DNA from: Christensenellales bacterium
GTDB lineage: Bacteria; Bacillota; Clostridia; Christensenellales; UBA1242
Direction: 5' to 3'
DNA length: 64,000 bases
Assembly (NCBI GenBank): GCA_051883495.1
Contig: JBJETV010000024.1
Coordinates: forward strand, 20,483 to 84,482
This document shows, piece after piece, positions 15,001 through 24,000 of the stretch. The notes beneath the pieces are model-generated. The model did not search any database. It saw nothing but the letters and a program-made list of their open reading frames with translations, and was not told where the DNA came from. The position numbers and the translations under genes are program-made. Within the stretch, counting starts at the first letter, position 1, and each line of letters starts with the position of its first letter.

Positions 15001-18000
15001 ATATATAGCACCACCATTGCCGTCAACAACATCTCCATTGACACAAACGCATTGGACAAAAAAGCAAAGTTCTACATAAACACTCTTGCCAGCAGAATAT
15101 ATAGCACTGCCATTGTATGCATATGTGGAGTTGAAAATAGAATTCTTTACAGTAAGTTCTGAGCCACTGCCTGCATATATACCTGCTCCGTCTTCTGATA
15201 CTTTTGCGTCTTGAATTGTCATTCCATCAATATTAACAACAGCATCTACTGCATATATTGCACTACCCTTGCGTGCTTCGCCACTGGAATAATTGCTACG
15301 CATCATAGTGGAACAAGTCTTTCCAGTCAATGCGTCTTGCATATATTTAGTAGTCAAACTGCCCTTGACAACAACTGCCCCGTCCAATCCACCAACAACA
15401 CAGAATGCCCCACCAAACATTGCAGTGTTGGACTTGAACGAAATATCATCTTCACCTTGAACTGTGTTGCCCTCGCTATCTCGTCCTGTAATGTATGCAG
15501 AGCCATATTCCACAACACTTGCACTGGCATAGATAGCACCACCAAAACTTTGTCCGCCTGCCAAAACTTTTGACGCATTGGACCAGAATTTTACATTTTC
15601 AATCTTAGCCGATGATTTGCTAAGCAGTGCAACAGCGCCACCATAAGTATAATAATCATTGGTTATAAAATTGCCTGTTACGGTGTTTTCTGTAAATATT
15701 CCATTAGAAAGGCTCACCACAGCCCCTTGTTCTGCACACAAGACACCACCATACAAACTTCCACTACTACCTTCCAACCTATTATTGCTTACTCTTGCAC
15801 CTGAAATAGTAATATTGCCACCAATAGCCCAAACGAGTGAACCCTTGTTGCTAATATTGTTGTAGAAATTTGAAATCTCTGTCTTACCACTTACTTCAAA
15901 TGTTCCACCAACAACTTTTGCAAACACATCAGCAGACTTTCCTTCTCCGTCAATGCCAAACATCAACACATCTGATGTATTCCTAATTGCAAACATTCCG
16001 CCTTCGCCAACAATGATTGCAGTGGCATTGGTTTGCCTTCTAAGCACAATATTTTTGGTTGATTTTTGATATATACTCAACACAATTTGTCTAGAACCAA
16101 CATCAATGGTGTTTTGTATATAATGATATTTTGTCGTTGCTCCTTCTTCTGCGACTTTATCCAATAGCACAATGTTGGCAACTCTTGATTCGTATGTCAA
16201 ATTTTCCGTATCTACACAGTCTTCCAGAGCCAACTGTAAACTTTCGTAGAATCTATGTCCTAGGTTAGTTGATACATTGAAATAATTGTCTGCATAACAT
16301 TCTGCTTCTACCCATTTTACTTCCAATTCGTAAACATACTGACCACCAACTTCTCGCACTTCGCCTATATATCTAGCCTCTCCTTGCTTTTGAAGATGGA
16401 GAGTGGTTGCGAGGTGATTTTTGGAATTACTTACGATATAACCTCTTTCGCTAGTCATATAGCCATAAGGTTCAGTGTATCCCTTTGCCACTTTGCCAAA
16501 TCTAACTATTCTGTCTAGGTTTGGATAATAGAAATTTCCAAATGGGTTGGTTATAATAAGATATTTGCTATCTCCGTCAACCATTGTTTCTAGATAACCA
16601 TAATCTTGAGCAATATCTTCTCCATAATAGGCATATTCTTCACTGCTTGGTCCCAGTTTTATCTTAACGGTAACCGATACATCACTCCACTTTGTAACAA
16701 GGTGAACTTGTCTTTTTACACTTTCATTTTCTATCAAGCCGGCAAAGAACTTGTCTGCAGTAAGTTCTAACTCATCACCTGCATACACATCTTGCATTGG
16801 ATTTGCATTAACAATTTTCCACCCAGCAAAAGCTTCTTGTTTGCCGTCTTTGAAGTGAGTCCAACTGAATATCTTTGTTGCATATTCGCTGGTGTCAAAT
16901 TTGCTTGGCAATGTCCAATTTTCGCCATACCATACATCACATGTTGCCATTGTTTCTTGTCCATTGCCAGCACCACCTTTGTAGTCATCATCACTTCTAA
17001 AGAATATCATCGAAATTTTTACTTGTCGCCACAAGGCATAGAATGTTACATTGCCTGTAAGGGTATAACTCTCGTTTTGTTCATATATCTTGAATGTTGT
17101 TGCAAGCAAATTTTCAACATAAGATTCACCCTTTAGTGCCTTAAATCTTTCAACATAAACCTCGTGGTCACGCACAACTTCACTGGATAATTGTGCTTTG
17201 ACAACATTCTTTTCTTCTTCTGTCATCGAAGTTAAAGTTTGAATATATTCTTCTATATACAAATTCTTCCAAAGAGCAACATATTCTGCATAATTTTTGT
17301 AGCCATTTGCATTGTCTGACCAGCCTATAAATTCATAGCCAATCCTTCTTGGACCTGCGTCATATTCACTTCCACCAACATTGGTAAGCATCTTCTTTGG
17401 TAAGTTGATTACTCCGCCACTATCCTCTGCTGGAGCAACTGGGTCTATATAGCCAGTGGCAGAAGAAGCCAGCCCATACACACCGCCATTCAATTCAAAC
17501 ATTGCCACCGCACTCCACAAGCCAAACAGTTTGTTGTTGGCTGAGTCTTGGGCTGTATATGGAACAACGGAATAGTTGAGATATCCGTCAGTCCAACCAT
17601 AGAAATTATTGCCACTAACACAAGTTGCAAGCAAGTTATTTAGTGTTGTTATTTCATCACCATAGTTGGCATAAAGTTTGATTATTGTTAAATTCTTGTC
17701 GTTAATTGTAACATTTTCTGTTTCTACTTTATGTGCCCTATCTGCACCAAGTAAAGAGTCTATCTCCACAAATTCTTGACTATATTCAGTGGTAAATGTA
17801 TTTATACTTGGAGTATCAAAAACCCCTTCCACGTCGCCTTCTTTGGAGTTAGGATTGATAATAATGGTTACAGGAGTCCCAACCCATTCTACCATAAGTC
17901 TGTCGTCTGCTGTTACAACTATATCTACAGTGTCATCTTTTACAGACAATCTTTCTTCCACTAATACATATTCGCCTTTTTCGTCCACAACAAAATTGCC

Positions 18001-21000
18001 TTCAGAATCTGTTTGTTTGATGTTATGGACAAATGACTTGGTTTCTGCAGTATATTTATCTCTTTCAAACCAACTAAGTATTTTGTCAGTTAAGGTTATG
18101 TTGGAACCATAGTAAGTCCAAAGATAAATAGTTTCGTTGTCTGCCACCTTCCACAAATTTCCTTCCCCGTCAGTAGCCCCGTCCCACAACGAAGATGAAG
18201 AATCTACATTCAACTGCCCACCATTTGCATTTATAGTAACTTTGTAGCAATTCCACATTGCAGTCAGTTCGATAATAGCGACATTTGGATTGATAGCATT
18301 AAACAATGCCTCTTCTATGTCAACGCCCTCTTCTATATTGAGAGTTTCTTCGGTTATTCTTACTTTATCTCCGCCAAGGGCAAGCATTTTGGTTGGTTCC
18401 GCTATTACTCCATCTTCTCTTGTTGTCAATGCCCAACCTGCAAAGGTAAACACCTTGTCGCCCACTATTTTTATCAATTTTGTTTCGTCTAGCAATAGTG
18501 AAGGTAGCACATTCAAAGCAACACCGTCTGCCCTAAGTTCAGAAAATTTTACTACATTGTCTGTTAGGATATAGCAAGACATATCTGTATCTCTGTAGAA
18601 GAATACATTTGCCTTGTCTGTATAGTCACCAAAATACAAGTTAAGTTTTAGTTTGTATTTAACCTCTTCCCAACTCATATCTATTATAACTGTCTTATCG
18701 GTGTCATTTATGTCGTCTGAAGATACAAACCCTCCAAAATCTTTGGAGAAAACAAGATTACTGTCGCCAGCATACATAACTTCGTTATAACTCCAACCTA
18801 CAAAAGATTTGAATACTCTTTCCGCACTATCAAATGCTATTGTTTCAAGTATTATTCTTTCATTAGCAAGAAGGTTGTCTATAGTAAATCTGCTGTCATA
18901 TTTTATGACAATATCCTTTTGCCCTTCAAAATTTTTGCCAGTAGAATCTGTCAATCTCAAAACAAAATCTTCTTGCACCCAAATTGGATAAAGATTAACC
19001 TTGCTAGTTTTGGTGGCAAATGCAAGCAAATTGCTTGTTCCATTTTGCCCTTCAGTAGGTTCAAAGAAATAACTGTTTTGATTGTTCAACTTGGTGTATG
19101 AGCCGTCTATCATAGTGTGGTCTCTTTCTGTAGCCCAACCTATTTGTTTCCAACCAAACAAAGTATATCCGTCAAGCAAAGAGAATCCTCTTACAAATTC
19201 CTGTTCACCTGTTTCTATATTTTTTTGATAACTTCCAATTTCACCCAGTTTATTTACTTTCAGTGTTTGCCCTTTTGTGCTATCAGCAATTTTACCGGTG
19301 GCATCACATGGATAACCATAAACAGTTTTGCTGTTTTCATCAATTATTTCGTTGCCATTTGTATCAACTTTCTTTATCGCCTCCACAGTTGGCACAGCCT
19401 GAATATAATTCACTGTTACATCAGTTGGCGACCACAAAAGAGTAAACCACATTTCAAAACACTCTGTTTCGCTATTCCAAATAATATCAAAGTCCATATC
19501 TCCTGTTTTGACCACTTGGAATTCCGCTTCAATTATATTCATTCTGCTTGATTCATCACATATGCCAACACCTGCATAATTTCGTAGGAACACATAGGAA
19601 TATTGTTCTCCACTGCACACCGCACTTGGCAAATATTCTAGATTGATTTTGTCGTTAAGTCTTAGCCCTTCTACCAACAAAACCTCTTTGCCTGCTCTTT
19701 CACTTTTGGACACTGCATAACCAGAAGTATTGCTATCAAGACTGTCAAAACTTGCGTCTTTTTCTTCTCCTATTGGGGCTCCTGTTGGCTCGATGACCAA
19801 TTTAATTTCCTTGCTAGTCCACTGGGCAATCATTGCAATATCATAGGCAGGCAATTCAAACTGACCATCTACCACAACTATAGATTCGTCCAATGGAACA
19901 AATTTTGAAAAAGCAAATATTGGATATTCTGCACCCAAATCTTCATATCTAATGCAAGTTGTTGTGCTTTGACTTGGAGTAAGCGTCCTTACTACATTTC
20001 CAGCCTCACCATAACGCTTGGAATAAGTGTAACTTTTTGTAATCACGCTTCCACTTTGACCATCTGGATCAGTAAATGTAGCATTGCCAAAGTTGTAAGA
20101 AACATTGATACTTTTGCCTTTCCAGTTGGTGTTTAGAATATATGTAGTTCTGTATCCAAGTTCTAGATTTTGTGGATTGAATGTTGTATTGCTTGCGTTA
20201 AATATCAATCCATCTATTTCAAAACTTTCAAATACCCAACCACCAGTAGAGTTTTGTTTGAGGAAGTATTTAGAAAGGTCAATATTTTCACCATATCTCA
20301 AACCTTCTGTTATATAAGTTTTGTTTTCATTATTTTCTGCTGGCGACAGTTCTGGGTCGTCAACATTGATAACGATTTCATAAGATTTCCCTATCCAAAT
20401 TGCATAAATATTTAGCGAATAAACATTGTTTAACGCATATACTTTGTCAAACTCATAATTTATTCCGCCAGTTCTGTAAAGAGAAAAACCTGCAATTTCG
20501 TAGTTTTCCTTGGCAAAATCAGCAATAGAAATTCTCTTTTCTACCAGTCCATCTCTATATATCTGCACAGAATTTAGCAGTTCGCTAAACTCAATTCCAT
20601 TCCCTTCTCCAAGCACTACTTGGAAAGTTACAGATTTTTCTTCTTCCGCTTCAGCATTTTCATAAACATACACATTGGCCACTGCCAACCAGTTGGCTGT
20701 TATGACAATTCTTCCGCTTCTAGTATTCCAAACCTTTGCCCCACCAACAAGACTTGTCGTTCCGTCAACACCCTCTACAGAGTAATTGTTCAGCACAAAC
20801 ATTTCTCTCACAATATACTCATCTGTTGGCAAAGTTATATAACTGTTGTTCTTGACGTATTGAGTGATAGTAATTTGTTTTATGCCATATTCCACCTTAA
20901 CTACATTGTTTGCAAAACCACTGGAAACATTAAAATAATCACTTGCGACAAGTCCACCACCAAGGTTCAACACAACTTCATTGGTTTTCCTTGTCCAAAC

Positions 21001-24000
21001 GGCATAGATATTTGCAACATATTTGTTTGATATCTCGTCATACACAACAACATTATCGTCCAAAACAACTGCATTTTCAAAGGCATAGTCGTTTTTGACC
21101 GCCTTCCAACCTGCAATATCAAAGTATGGGTGAGCAACATATTGTGTTTTGTCAGACACATCCACTACAAACAACTCGCCAAACTTCCCAGCATAGTTTT
21201 CTCTCACATCACCTTCAAAAGGTTTATCACCCATTTCGTCTTCAACATTCATATCACATACTATCTCAACATTTGCCCTTGCAAACACAGCACAATACAC
21301 AGAGTCCACAACAGGCACAGGTAGGAGATTTTCTGAAGTATAGACATTCTTGGTGCTGGCATTAGTCCAATCGGTAAATCCTACATCACCTTCCACCCAA
21401 CCAACAAAATTGTAACCAAATAGATATGGTGTTGTAGTTTTGCCTACAGCAACAAATGTCCTATAAACATTATTCAAATTGACAACATCACCATTGGTAA
21501 AATCTCTTTCGATTGTTACCTCTGATGTTGTTTGACCAGATTGAGCAAAAGACCTTCCGTCTTGGTCTTTTAGAGTTATTTTTATCTTTGCACTAGCCCA
21601 TTCTGCCACCAAAGTTTTTGGTGCTGTTACTTCCAGCGAGAACACTCTCCTTCCATTTTCATTCCACCCACCAAACATATATCCAACACCAGTTTGGTGT
21701 TCAAATTTATATTTTCCAAGAGTTGTTGAATCGATAGAGCCACACACCACCCAATCTTCAAAGCCTTTAACAGTAATCATCACTCCGTCAGCATTATATT
21801 CCATATCTCTCAATGTTACTGCACCTTGAGTATTGGTTGCTCCGGTTATAAATCCTTCTGCAAAACTTCTTCCAGCAACAAATGTAATTTTTGCTTTCCA
21901 AACAGCAAACAATATCACTTCATTTTTGCCAACTGAAGAATATACTTCTATCATACTTCTTGTAAGCCTAATCACACTGCCAGCATGGTAGTTACTTTCT
22001 ATTTCAGAAATATTATCAATTGCACTTACTGCATCGTTATTTCTCCACCAGCCAGCAAATTGATATCCCTCTCCCCTATCTCCAACATTTGGAAGAGTTA
22101 TTTCTATCCAGTCTCCATCACTTTCTACACCAGATGCTATGTAGTTTACTGTTTGAGTAATCTTGTCTATTTCAGCCAGTTCATTTGCGCCATTCAAATC
22201 AAAATTGACCGAAAAGCTCTCGTTATACAACGCGACAATATTATCCCCGCTAAAACTACTATAGTCGGTACTAGCGTTATAAAAATATTCATCGCCCACC
22301 TTCAAAATATCACCGCTAGTTCCGTTTGTAAAACTTGCAAAAAGATATCCTTCTTTGGCAATATTTTCACTCAAAAGTTTTAGATTTTCTGCTTGCGAAT
22401 ATGTTACAGAATAAATCATTTTGCCATTTGCTATTTCCACATTTTCTATAGCACTATCATCATTCCAATATCCGCCCGCCAAGTCAACAACAATTTGATA
22501 AGTTTTTTCTTGCCAAGCAATAGTCATTTCGACCTTATCGTCATCCAACTCTCCGTCAGCTAATATTCCATCAAGGCCCAAACCTTCGTCTTCCATCAAA
22601 ATCTTATCACTCAACCCAAACTTTTTGCCATTGTAACTTAAGCCATTGACAAGCATAACACATCTTAAAGTAGAATCATTGTATTCTTCAACCAACCCTT
22701 GCAGTTCAACTCCAAGGTCCACAACATCTCCATATACAAAGGTTACAACTTTCACTCCATCACTATCTAGGAAGTTACTCCCAGACAAATCTCTTATGTT
22801 AAGCGTATATTGTTTTTTAACCCATTGAGCAACAAATGTCGCATCACTCAACAATCTTACACTTTCGCCCACAGCATAATATGAGCCATCTGTTTTCATC
22901 CATTTGTCAAATACATAATGTTCCTTTGCAAAGCCAAACAATTCATCTTCGCCACTCACCATTACAAGTTTTTGTCTTACCCCTGCCCTTATCACTGTGT
23001 CATAAATATAATTTCCACTCAAGTTCTTGTCAATTCTATCTGCAGGTCCAGCATTGTCGGCATAACCAGCAAGGTCAACTCCTTCTTCAAAGTCTGTCCC
23101 CACCGCAATAGTTATACTTCTGCCATTTTCTTCTTCTACAAATGTTGCATATTTTTTGGTAACTGCAACCAGCCTATAGATAAACACATTGTTTATTTCA
23201 TCAACTAGGCTATCTTTTGGAATAGTAATCTTCAACTCGTTTCCATTGGAATAATGTGCTGTTGAACTGCTCAAATTGTCTTTAACAAAATCTATATCTT
23301 TGCCGTTTATCAGCATCAAAAACAAATCACCTGTTTGTGCACTTGAAAGAGTTATACTGTCAAATTTGTTTACATCAACACCAATAGCCCTAACCAGCGA
23401 CCTCATATTTTCATCTTCATAAATTTCAACACGAACAGTCTTTCTTTGCCAAACTGCTTTCAAAACAATTTTCTCTTGACCGTCTGTTGTAAGATTTTCA
23501 GCAAGTTCGTATCCAGTGGAATTGTAATCAAAGATTGTTGATGCTTGCGCGTACTTCTCTGCACCTGATTTAGAAACAATATTCCAACCAGCAAAGTAGA
23601 AATATTTTGAGCAAGTATAACTGTTTGATATTGGTGTAACAGGTGCGCCATAAGCAATATACCCCCCAGAAATATCTTCGCCTACAACACCATTTTCGGC
23701 AGTTGCGCCATTTTGATATACCACTTCTCGCCAAACACAGTAGAATTCTACTCCGTCTGAAACATTTGCTCTTTCGCCCACTTTAACAATATTTGCAGAA
23801 CCACTTGGATTTTGGCACAATGCAACAAAAGTCATTCCTTCAATTTCATTGCCTACAAATTCAAAACTTCCATTTCTATCCGTTGCAATGCTAAAACTTT
23901 TTGTCCTGTTATAATCGCTGTATATAGTAGCAATCTTTATTTCATTCCATTTTGCAAACAATGTGATATCTGATGTCAGCACCAATTGTTCTGCATCAAA

